Below are positions 52,896-64,000 of a DNA stretch of 64,000 nt, in pieces. This DNA comes from Camelus ferus (taxonomy: Eukaryota). Within the stretch, counting starts at the first letter, position 1, and every line of letters starts with the position of its first letter. A model generated the notes under the pieces. It was given only the letters and a program-made list of their open reading frames with translations. It had not been told where the DNA came from and made no database searches. The DNA lies in contig NC_045696.1 in assembly GCF_009834535.1 (NCBI RefSeq), positions 25,546,001-25,610,000 on the forward strand. Direction: 5' to 3'. A program made the translations under genes and the position numbers.

Positions 52896-55257
52896 ATAGT
52901 AGCCGGGATTCCACAGTGGCTGTCAGTAGATAAAAGTTCTATGTTTGTTTTTAAGAGTCAAAGTTGGTTAAAACTGGCGCGAAAATACTTGATACTCTGT
53001 GTTCCCATCAAAGTATTATTTATTACATCCTTTGTTCCCTAAAATGCACTCAGAATTCATAGATTTTATATCTCAAACAATATCACACATGGCACAGTTA
53101 ACCTCTTCCCTCACCACACACATTACCTTCACTTATTTGGAAGGCATTACTAAAAAGCAGTTAAAACTGGCCAAAAAATGAAGCTGTCTTTCCAAAATTA
53201 AGTACAAATAGCCATTGGCAGCAGGAAAGAATTGTGCAGAATCAAATCAAAAGAGCTGCCTGCTTTATAAGCAGTTGTAAGTCTTATTACCCTCCCCCCC
53301 CTTTTTTTATATTAGAGGACTTTGACAAAAGTTTCTTATTTGTCATTTCACTCACTGAAAACTTAGACCTCTGAGACATTTTGGCAGTCTTGAACTTGCA
53401 GATGCTGCTCTTGTGCCTGAGGGCATTAAGAAATCATTGAAGTCTGTAGCAAACACAAATTATCATTTAAACCCTTCTTACTTTATCATTTTAAATAATT
53501 GCTTGACTCTCATTTTATGTAAAGTTAAAACCTAGCTGCTAGCATTGTGACTGCTCTGCTTGGTCTTTACCTGGCTCTCTCCCTGGGAGAGCCACAAGGC
53601 AAATGCTGATTAAGTCTCTAAGCATCGCTGTGCTTAATTTTCCTTTTCCTTCTCTTTGTATTTCCTATTTTAGATTCTTCATTTCTTTACTGTACTTCTC
53701 ACCTGGCCACTTTTGTGTGTCTTTCTTTTCCTTTTCTTAGCTGTTTTATTTTTCTAATTTTAAAATAATAAAAAAGAGTATTAAAAAGTAATATATTAAT
53801 ATAAATTATTTTAAAAAGTGTACATTTCCTATAATCCTAGTACCCAGAAATAGACACTATGAACTCTGTCTATATGTTCCTGCAAAGGTTTTATGTGTTC
53901 TTCCAAATGCTTTATCTATGACTGAATTAACAGGTTACATTATTACTGTTGTTGTACAAAAATTAATCATATTTTACTTTGCTGAAACTTGCCTTTTTAA
54001 CTTAACCATGTACCTTGAATCATATTTTTCCAAGTCAGAATATAAAAACCTATCTGATTCACTTAAAAGTTAAATAATATCTGATTGAATAGCGGTTGAG
54101 TTATTTATTTAAATTAATACTTTATCAATAGTAATTATGCTCTCATAAAGAAAGATGCACTGACTATGACTTTCCATAAGATAAATTCCTAGAGTGAGGC
54201 CATCTGAGATAGGTGTCTTTTGGGGTGGAGGGGGGACTGGATTTGAGGAGCTACTCAAAAGTTCAGTTTTGGACACACTGATACTACCTCATCTCCCTTA
54301 GAAAAATCTGAGGGAGACATCAAGTATAGAATTGCACTTGAATTTTCCAGTCTGGACGCACAGAAATGATTTAGGTTTAAGATACACATTTCAGATAATC
54401 TATGCCAGACTGGTTTATTAAAAAGCTATTTGTCTCTGATAGATTTTCCAGGAAAGGTTTGTGTGTATGTGAGCAACATGTATGTGAATATATGTTTGTG
54501 TATATTTATATAGAGAGTTATATTTTAAATATACCTATATTAGATACACAATTTGCATATAATATATATAACATACATAATCCACCACAGAACTTTGCAT
54601 ATATACTTTTATATCCATATACATATAATATGTTTAGGGCAGCATATTGTTCTGTACACTGTTGGCCAGTGAGAATTGCCTCACTCCTTCTACATCATAA
54701 TTTCTTTCAGCTAATGACACTTGGCAGCATTGTCTTGAATTACCTTCTGTGTGTTTTACTCTGCTGTGCCTTCTCTTTCTGCCATTTCCTTTGTGTTGTG
54801 GGTATTCAGTTTTTTTCCAATAATGACTAACCAGGATGGACAAGTCCTAGAGGAGAACCCAAATGTATTTTAAATGGAACCCTAATATTGTTAAAATGTA
54901 AGTTTAAGGATATTCAGGAAATGTTTCCTTTACAGAATTGGCCAAGGAAACAAAAAGCTTACTGGGACTAAAGGAAGTACTTTGACATTAAGAGGTCAAA
55001 GTAAACAAATACGTGAGTAAATAACATTGCCACCACTGAGGGTTAATCAACGATTGCAAGAGTGGGAGCTAGGGAAAACTACAGCTGGCGTGTCCTGTCA
55101 TTAGAGGATTTAAGGAGGATGGAAGAGCCATTGTCAATATACAATTCTAGGAAAATTTTCCTCCCTCTTTCCACTTTAAGGACCCCTCAGAAAACTGAGT
55201 AGCAAGAACTCCCATTTCCAGAACTGCTTTTGTGAACTGAAGGCTTGGGTATGGATT

Positions 55258-55567
55258 CAGTGATCCTCAAGTATGGTCTGAAAACCAGTGCTGGTTGGAG
55301 AACTTTCTTACTAGTCAGTAATAGAATAAATACAGAAGTTAAGTAAGCCTAAGAAAAGCTTATAGCAATTGGACAAAGTTATTTCATGTTGTAGAATCAA
55401 TAAAATTCTTTAAAAATTGGATGCATGTTTTGTCTTTGGATTTTCAATTTTTAGAGCAATTCATTTTTCAATGTATTTAATAAAAATAATATCTGAAAGA
55501 GATTAGAATTTAAAAAAATAAAATAAAATGACTGGTCCTTCACCACTGATAGTTTGAGATGTGCTAG
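55258..55567. mobile_element. Non-autonomous hAT-Charlie-family DNA transposon
   Basis: CAGTGATCCTCAAGTATGGTC start and ACTGGTCCTTCACCACTGATAGTTTGAGA end resemble Charlie-type termini. Confidence 0.6.
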
Positions 55568-56639
55568 AGATGACCCGGGGGAAGTAGGTATAAACTACAG
55601 TGAATTAAAAGATTAAGATAAAAATTACAACTCTCAAGTGAACATGCAGATTTCTCACGAGCGAAAAGCAAAAATCAAGCTCATTTTGATATGAAATTAT
55701 GTATGCAGAGATGTATAAAAAGATGCTCCTGGTCACATAATTGAGGGATGAGCTATGCCCTCATTTAGAGCCACGACACTTTCCAAGGGGCACTGCTATA
55801 ATTGTTTCACCAAATAGAAACATTAATTAAATGTTTTAAAGCAAGACCTATAGAAGCTGTTACCCACTTAAATGTATTGTCAATAAATCATTTTTATTTA
55901 GCTCTTTCTAGTGATTATGTGGAAATCGTTTCCAGTGTTGTAGTCAATTTTAAAACATTAAGAGTTTAGTTGTTGCATTCCCCCTGAATAATACCAAGAG
56001 CCATTACATTATGGGCTAATGATTTGGCAAATTTAATTATGTAAATCAAAGCTATTTTGACATTTTGATGCTCAAAAAGAATCTACAGCTATTGAATGTG
56101 TATGGACTTACTCATTTTAAGCACTTAATTTTTCTCACCAATTAAAGTTTTCTCTTGTGTAGATATCCTAGTGATGAAAGATGATATATAATTTCTTAAA
56201 AAATGCTAAAATACAAAGAGTAATAGAGCATTTCGTAGGCTGTAAGATACAGAAAAACTTTTGACTGAAGTAATGAGAAATCAATGATTGATTAGCCATA
56301 GAAACTGCCACTTTTAAATGGGTAGCTAGACTTCTTTTAACTGTAATAATAGCCTTGTCATCCAGATTGTCAATTTCACTTACGTGTTAATGGAACCTGT
56401 CTGGTTAGTCTAAACTGACTCAGAGAAAATTCTCTGAAATGGGTACAGTATTTCATCCAGTTTCTGGGAATGTTTGGTTCTGAATGGGCCAAATTAGAAA
56501 GTTACAATGTCCATGAAATGCACATTTGGAGAGCTCTGTTCTGAGGCCAGAGTAATTTTTCTGACAAGCCAACTGACCATGTCACCGTAGAGTGATTCAT
56601 TAGCTCTGTCCGTCTGTCCTTCCTTCCTTCCTTCCTTTC

Positions 56640-59500
56640 TTCCTCCTGTAGACCTTTATTGAACACCTAATTATTGAGGCACTGTAGATTCAAAGATAAC
56701 TGGGATATGTTCCCCACCCTTAAGGAAATCAGATTTTTCCAGGTTATAAAAATAAACTTGATCAAACAGGAAGGATAGGGTAATGCCAATGGGAGTAAAG
56801 TGAGGAATTCTCAACCCAATTTCAAAAAGTTGCAGATCTTCCCTATGAATGTAGTGGTTCATCGAGACTTAATCCAAGCATTAGCAAAACAGAAAGATCA
56901 AGGGAAGAGAAGTGCAGTGGATAGAAGAAAAGACATACCAGGAACCAGGAACAAAGAACAGTGTGAACAGAGTCAAGGAGGCAGGAAAGAAAAGACTGCA
57001 GTTTATGGAGCTGAATCATCAAGTGTGAGGCATGGAGTAAACAGAAATGAGCCCAGTGTGGTCAGTGAGGAAGGACATGGGATGTCTTTCGCAATGTGTT
57101 GAAGGAACTAGACTCAATTCCATAGATGAACAGGAAACTACAAAAGAATCTAAAGCAGGTGGGGGTGTCAGATTTGCATTTTATGTAAAGCATTATAGCA
57201 GTGATGGAGATTTTAGAAGAAATGGGTCAAAGAAGAGAAGCGTGGTTAGTAGATTATGTACAAAATAATGAAGACCTGAATCATGAATGTGTATCAGTCA
57301 CTGTCTTAGTCAGCAACTACTGTCTTTAGCGCTGTTTTTGAATACTATAACAAAATAGTATAGACTGATTTACAAGCAACGAAAACTTCTCACAGTTCTG
57401 GAGGCTGAGAAGTCCAAGATCAAGGTACCAGTAGATTCAGTGTCTGGTGAGGGTCCAATTCCTGGTTCATAGGCAGATTTTCACTGTCTTTTGCTGTGTC
57501 CTCACATAGTGGAAAGGGCAAGAGAGCCCTAAGGGGTCCCTTTTATAAAGACACTAATCCTATTCATGAGATACCCTCAAGGCCTAATCACCTCCCAAGG
57601 GCCCTTCCCCCTAATACCATCACCTTGTGGGTTAATATCTTAATGTATGAGTTTAGGAAGGACACAAACACTTAGTTGATAACAGTGACAAAGTGGAATA
57701 GAATGCTTTTAAAATATTTAAGAGATAAAATACGTAGGATGTGTGAGTTAAAAAAAAAAAAGGAGGGATCAGGGATGACTCCAAATTTTTCCCTTGGGCA
57801 AGTGCTTGAGTACTGGTACCACAAATAGAGAAAACATTCAGGAAGAGAAGTCAGGTTTAGGGAAGAGGTAGCTGAGTTCATAGATGGGAAGATTGAAGAA
57901 CCTGTGTGATATATCCAGGTGGAATGTATAGTTCAGGAAAGAGCTCTGGGCTACAGGATTGATTTTGTTGTCTTGGTATGTAGCTGCCAATTGAAGTCAT
58001 GACAGTAAATGAGGCTCCCTGGGGAGCAGAAAAAGGGAGAGGTGAGGTGTATCATATTCTTCATCAAGTCTTTCCAAAGATTATTTAGCATTTCAGTAGT
58101 CCTCCTTTATTGGCTTTGTCCTAACCAACAGATGTCTATGATGCTCCTGTACTTAAGGCTCCTGCCTTCACCTGAGTAGCTAGAAGTAATGACAGATAGT
58201 TGACTGATCATAACCTGTGGTTGAATAAATAAAGGGAGGAACAAATATTTATGGATGCAGAAAGAAATTTGCCATTAATTCTGACTGTAACTGGAAGAGG
58301 AAGTGAGGGCAGATTCTCCAAGTGTAAGTAGATGTGAGCTGAGACTTGAAGAATAGCTATGACTTAATTATAGAGCAAGCCGAAGACGTTAGATGTTGAG
58401 GTGAGAGATTGTATAAGCAAAGGCATTTAGCTCTGAAAGGCCTGAAATTGACAACTGCTGCTGAAATAGTGAGCAAAGGAGAAAGTGGGGAAAGACTGTG
58501 AAAAAGGGAGAGCTGTGCCAAATGATGGAATATTTTAGTTTTGTGTAAAAGATACCAGGTTTTATTTTATAGGCTATGCTCTATGGGAAAATTTTTGAAC
58601 AGTGAGGGACATGACCAGAATTGCACATTGAAAAATTAAACAGGCAGCATTGTATAAAAGGGCTTGGTGAAAATCAGAGAAGCTATTATGTCTGTTCTGA
58701 TTTGAGAAATGATGACAGTCTGAATTTGGGCAGTGACCAGTGGAAATGGACTGGAGAGTAAAGATGGGAGACTTTTTGGAGAAAGATTTTGAAAGTGTTT
58801 GGAACAATTCAAAGAGGGAAGGAAAACAGGAAGTTTCTGGCTTGATAACAGGAAAGATCATGTGACTACTAACTTGAGCTCAGGTATAGAAAGAAGAAAC
58901 CCTATTGAGAGAAAGATATAATGATGTCACTTTGAAAATACTTAATATGAAACATAGTGAGACATATGGTATCTGTCCAGAGAGTATTTGGAATTTGAAT
59001 CTGGAGTTTGGGATAAAGGTCGAGGGTAGAGATAAATATGTGAAGTGAAGTTCATCTTAATTAGGTACTTATTAAAGCCTTCAGATCATCCATTAATAGA
59101 TGAAAAGAGAAAAATGTAGTTTTTTGTATCCTCCACTAAATAAAACTTTCCTCAGGGCAAAGAATGAGTCACAAGTATCTTTAAACATACCTTTCCCAGC
59201 CAACCATGCTTCACTTGGTGCTGGACATCAGTATACTCAATGAATGTTTAGTTAGTTGAGCTAAATGGAATAAAATAAAATTTAATTAAAGATGACCAAG
59301 GATAAAATGTTTTGGAAATAAGTAGTGACATTTAGAGCACAACTGAAAAAGTCAGAGCCAGCACTGCGCTGAGGTGAAGTCAAATGAGAAGAACCAGGAG
59401 AGTGTACTAGAAAGAAAAGTGATCAGTAGAGTCAAATGCTGCAGAGATGAATTAAGTGTGGACCAGAAAGTGGCATTGCTCTGGATCTTCTGGTTAAAGG
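56640..59500 (-). mobile_element. Cluster of degraded L2 fragments
   Basis: Recurrent antisense L2 motifs: TTTATTGAACACCTA, AGATTTGCATTTT, AGGGATGACTCCAAATTTTT, GTGAGCTGAGACTTGAAG, CAGTGGAAATGGA, GTCAAATGCTGCAGAGA. Confidence 0.7.
57302..57684 (-). mobile_element. MaLR solo LTR, MLT1A-like, inserted into L2
   Basis: TGTCTTAGTC...CTCACAGTTCTGGAGGCTGAGAAGTCCAAGATCAAGG...CTAATCACCTCCCAA...AACA, with 5-bp TSD GTCAC/GTGAC. Confidence 0.9.
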
Positions 59501-59764
59501 TCACAAATTACATCTGATAAAACTATTTTTTTCAGTGTGCTTATGGGAGCCAAAGCTGGATCCCAGCTGAAAAGTGTGTAAAAAGGAAATAGAAATTAAA
59601 TATAAACTCCACATTTTCCCCCCAATTTTTTCCTTTCTTATTCCCAGCTTCCTGATTCTTTTTTTCATATTCTGCATTCCTATCATCATTTCTCATTGTA
59701 GTCACTTACAACTGTAGTTGGAAGTCCTAATAACAACCTACTTTCAAAGAAAATATGAATGTAT

Positions 59765-59930
59765 ACTATTTTAATCCTCACAACAACACAGGATAGGAAA
59801 TATTATTATTCCATCTTGCAGATGAAAAACTGAAGTTTAAATGAGTTAGATTACGTGCCCAAAGTTCATAGCCAGAAATTGACTAAGCTAAGATTTGAAT
59901 CATGCCTGATGTCGTGTTGTGCCCACAACT
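59765..59930 (-). mobile_element. MIR SINE fragment
   Basis: TTTAATCCTCACAACAAC...TTGCAGATGAAAAACTGAAG...GCCCAAAGTTCATAGC. Confidence 0.75.
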
Positions 59931-62446
59931 TCTGTAATACCTCTATCATCCCTTTCATATCTTCTAAGCTGAATTTCCAAAGTCCTAGGTCACAGACACC
60001 TCTCCATCATGTGTCCCAGATTCTGCCTCACTCTACCCAAATCCCAATAGCATAAATGTTTTGGAGCAACAGTGAGACAGTGCCAGTAAATATTTTAGGT
60101 GTACAACATTTTCAAGGTTTAGGAATAAAGCTCCTTAACTTCATATCCCATTGTCTTGTAAGAGAGTCACTCACTGCCTTTGGATCTCGACACTATCAAT
60201 GGCCAAGACTATGAGCTTAGCCATAAAGTTGTTTTCCATGTCATATCAATTGGTAATATAATATGAGCTCATCTTTGTCCCCAACCACCAAAACACTTTA
60301 GTACTTTTTAAAACTAACTATATTTCACTTACCTAATATGTATATCAAGTGTGTTCTCCACATGAGTGAACTATGCCATTTTGTTCCCCTTTCCTACTGC
60401 TCTAAATACTGTAAATATAACTATTACAGGTATTTTTGAAACTATTAGGAAAATGAATAAGCTATTAAGATTTTTACTCTATAACACTGGTATGTATAAT
60501 ATAATTTGAAAGTATCTGGGGTTAATTTCTTGTATGTTTAGTATATAGCAAGTACAATGTTTAAGTATATCTGGTTGTATAATTGGGCTATGAGCTGAAG
60601 TTCTCAGTGATGACCAAATTTTAATTAGGCAGTTTGACAATTATTATTGAGACATTAGTTCACTGTGATCCAAATGTCCTGGCTAATGATTCTTATTTCA
60701 AGTACAACTTGCAAAACATTATCATAATAACATAGCTTCATATTTAATTAATATTGCACAATAAAACAGTGAACTTGGATTGTCTGAGCAGAACCATGAA
60801 ATTTCTAGTATGTAGCAAGAAGTCTTGAGTTCAAGCCAAATTAAAGCACTGACAGTGGAATATTGTTATTTAATTCTGATTCTGCGTTTCCCAAGGCTCA
60901 AATAGCCTATTGAAAAGTGAAAAAAAAAAATTAGTCAAATGGTTTATTTCATATCCTATATCTCATCTATCATTGAAGACAAACTAGCTTTTAAACTTAT
61001 TTCAATTATTTTTTGCCTGAAAAACTTAATCAAGTCAGTTTACTTCCTATTTGCTTTATTATCAGCACATAAGCACACTTTTCTAAAATTAATTCTATTA
61101 TTGATTTTATTTTTGAATCTTGTTGATGTGTTCAAAAATAACTAATAATGGTTAAGAAAGTCTTTATCCTCAGCAGTGACAGAATTTCATCAATAGTTTA
61201 TTGATTTGTTCTCTGATAATATTTCTATTTTATGAACATGGCATATATAACATTTCAGAATGCATTTAATGCAGATGAAATGACACATATTTTCATATGT
61301 TAGACAGAACAAACTTTCACAGGGTTTTTTTTTATGGTAACACACTTTTATTGAGAAACTGACAAAGGTGTTGAAAAGCATGTTTTTTGTAGCATAAAAT
61401 TTCCCAGGGGAGCAAATGCAGGTGAGGACATTTAGATTTTAGAGTACCGTAAAGAGGACAGCTTTAACTCAAAATGACTCTTCAGATTAGTTATTGATAG
61501 ATGACTTTGGAAACCCTAATAACTGGTGACAAATTGCCAATCTACTTAGAATATAATTTAACTGAAAATTAAACACATATGATATAAACAAGATTTTCAA
61601 AGACAAAAAAAGCACCTGATTTTTGCATTACTGTAAAAGTAAGTTGTTAAAAGCGAAATCCAATTAAATAGTATTTACCAAAAACATAGAGGAGGTTCGG
61701 GTTTCTTTGTTGGTTTCTGTACTCCCGCCTCCTATTCCTTTACTCATTCCATAAACAGTAATGGTAAAAACAAATTAAAAAACAAAAAACAAAAGAAACC
61801 CCAAAACATTTGTATTCAACAGACTTGAAACTAAAATTTTAAATAAGCAGGTTAATGTTAATATTAGACAAAACAAAATTAGTTGGATACATTTTAATTG
61901 GACATATAATAATTAGTGTGCTTCAGAATAAGCAGGCATAAATGATAAGCACTTTTTGTAAATGTTTACTATTATTATTTGTCTTACTTTAGAGCTATGT
62001 TTTGCTGTGGTCTGACTTTTTTGCTCATATATTCTCTACACAGTTTTTTAAACTGTGTACTCTTCATTGTATGATTAACAAAATGATTTTTATATCTTAT
62101 AATAAAAATATAAAACATTAAACATTTCATGAGAGGAAATAAAATGGATTCTTATTATAATAAATATTTTATGATATGATTTGATAAAAACAGGCTTTTA
62201 TATATTACTAAATAAGGCCCAGCAAGTCTGAAAAAAATTCTGTAAAATCTTTATCCATGGATTTGTCTAGTGTATCTCAAAATTTTGTAATTCTTCAAAG
62301 TATTTTCTTTCCATATTAAAAAAGAATTTTAAAAATAAATTTTACTAACTCCATTTCTTTGGCTGCTATGAAGTTGAAAAAATTCTGACATAGGCCAAAA
62401 TACTCCTCTCTCCCTCTCTCCTGAGGACCATGCAATATTGTTAGTC

Positions 62447-62661
62447 AATGTGGGAACTGCAAATTCAAATGCCTCAGGGGTCAAACAGGTATCTTAAACA
62501 TGTGAGGCTCCTAGTGGAAGATGGTGTGAGCAGAAGCACCTAATAATCTGAAGAATTTAGGCACCAACTAAAGACATGCAATTTAAAAATTTAAAAAGCT
62601 GGATGTGGGCCAAATAAAATCCCTAAGCAACTGGCTGAAAGCAAGGCCGCCATTTTGTAAC
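62447..62661. mobile_element. MER45-like hAT DNA transposon
   Basis: GCAAATTCAAATGCCTCAGGGGTCAAACAGGTA...GGGCCAAATAAAA...GGCCGCCATTTTGTAAC resembles MER45A. Confidence 0.6.
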
Positions 62662-64000
62662 TTAGCCCAATAAGCACTATGCTTTGGTCTAGACCCAAAT
62701 AATGCCTTTATTTCTGCACAAAGTTTGATGAAGAGTTTATTTGACCTACCAAGGTAAATCTCCTAGGTAGACAGGGGCATAGATTTCAGAATACTCCCAC
62801 ACTTTGGATGGGGTTTGCTTTTTAAAACAAATTCAATTTCTAACTAGCTTAGAGCTTCCAAAATCAGCGAAAATAATAAACAGTGAATATTGCCATGGTA
62901 GTAATAATTAGCCTTGTCTGACCATCGATGGTTTATTTCTAAGGACCTCAAAGTGGTAGTTTGAGAACAAAGTGGAAAAGGAGGCAGTTGAGAGTGGGAG
63001 GGTTTCTTCCTTTCTTCTCTGGAGGCAGAGGATGGTTCAGAAGCAGAGATCTGGAAATCCTACTCTGGGATATAGGATGTAAAGCACTTTAGAAGGCAAA
63101 TTGGACACAAATCTGGCCATGTTTTTTCCAGTGCTGCTTCAGTTGCCCCCCTCCTCCCACTATTCCATCCCCATCCTTTGTATGAAGTGGTGAAACTTTC
63201 TAAGTCCAAATTTTACAATTTTAGCTTGGTTTTAGGAACTTGATGGACCCAATTGGATGGGGGACCACAAGTAGTTCTCTCTGGGACTATGTAAGAGCAA
63301 TGTGATGTATGCGGAATGCTATAACCACTACTGTTAGGAGCTGAATTACCATTACTGTTGCTGTTTGCAATATTTATGAATTTAATTAAATCTTTATTTT
63401 TATCAGTGCATTAACTTCTTAAGTTTTCTTCTCAGCACACATTATTATTATTATATCCTGTGGATCCTAATTTGAAATAGAGCCTTTAATTAAAAGAGAT
63501 TTGCTCTCTCACAGTACTCAATATATAATAATAATCTCTAAAATTTGCTTCTTACAATCGTATTTTTCCTATGATCATGCATATACTAATTTATACTAAT
63601 ATAATTAAAGTTGAATATAATAAATAGGGTGTCTCATGTGAGCTAAAAATGCAGAAGCTACATATTTTATGGTTTTTACATGCATTCTATAACTCACTTG
63701 TTTGCATTTACACAAAACGTCTTGTATAATTTTTAAAAAAATATACACAGCTAAAGAAATGGTTATTAAGAGTTTCATAAAACTTGTGTGCAAGTTAGTT
63801 TTAATTAATGTTTTTATTTAACTGTTGTATATATTTTAGCTTTCACACATTTCATAGGATTCCATGGTTTTGTTGTTTTCTGTTTAGTTAAAAAAAAAGT
63901 AATTTTTTGTTTAGGAAAGATCATGTAATTCCTATAGTAGCTTTTTTAAAATAGTAGTTGCTTTCAGGTATGTTTCTAGGCTAGTTTTGCCACAAAAGGT

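Noticed and set aside
54402..54830. 142-aa ORF
   Set aside because: It runs through low-complexity TA/TG-rich sequence and has no recognisable domain or splice context.

Overview
AT-rich, CpG-depleted mammalian intergenic or deep-intronic DNA. I recognise no intact protein-coding gene, RNA gene, CRISPR array or prokaryotic feature. The repeats indicate a placental mammal: ancestral L2, MIR, L3, MLT1, MER20, MER2 and MER45 plus cetartiodactyl-type L1 3' ends. I saw no Alu, CanSINE, Bov-tA/BovB, PRE1 or CHR-2 SINEs, which tentatively points to a camelid (inference). The only recognisable gene-derived sequence is a full-length processed RPL32 pseudogene (1231-1746, minus strand). The rest is layered transposon debris and unique non-coding DNA. 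The most notable items are: a CpG-rich solo LTR with NRF1, YY1 and GC-box motifs (51468-52027), the only CpG island in the window; a neighbouring LTR with tandem PBX-MEIS-type repeats; an LTR nested in an LTR nested in an L2, with both TSDs readable; a 19-bp-TSD insertion consisting of only an A-rich tail; a twin-primed inverted L1; perfect 32-bp palindromes; and a few candidate minus-strand exons. Repeat subfamily names come from remembered consensus sequences, not a database search, and boundaries of old repeats are approximate. I found no solid evidence for a new biological system. The LTR-promoter/lncRNA hypothesis is the best lead.
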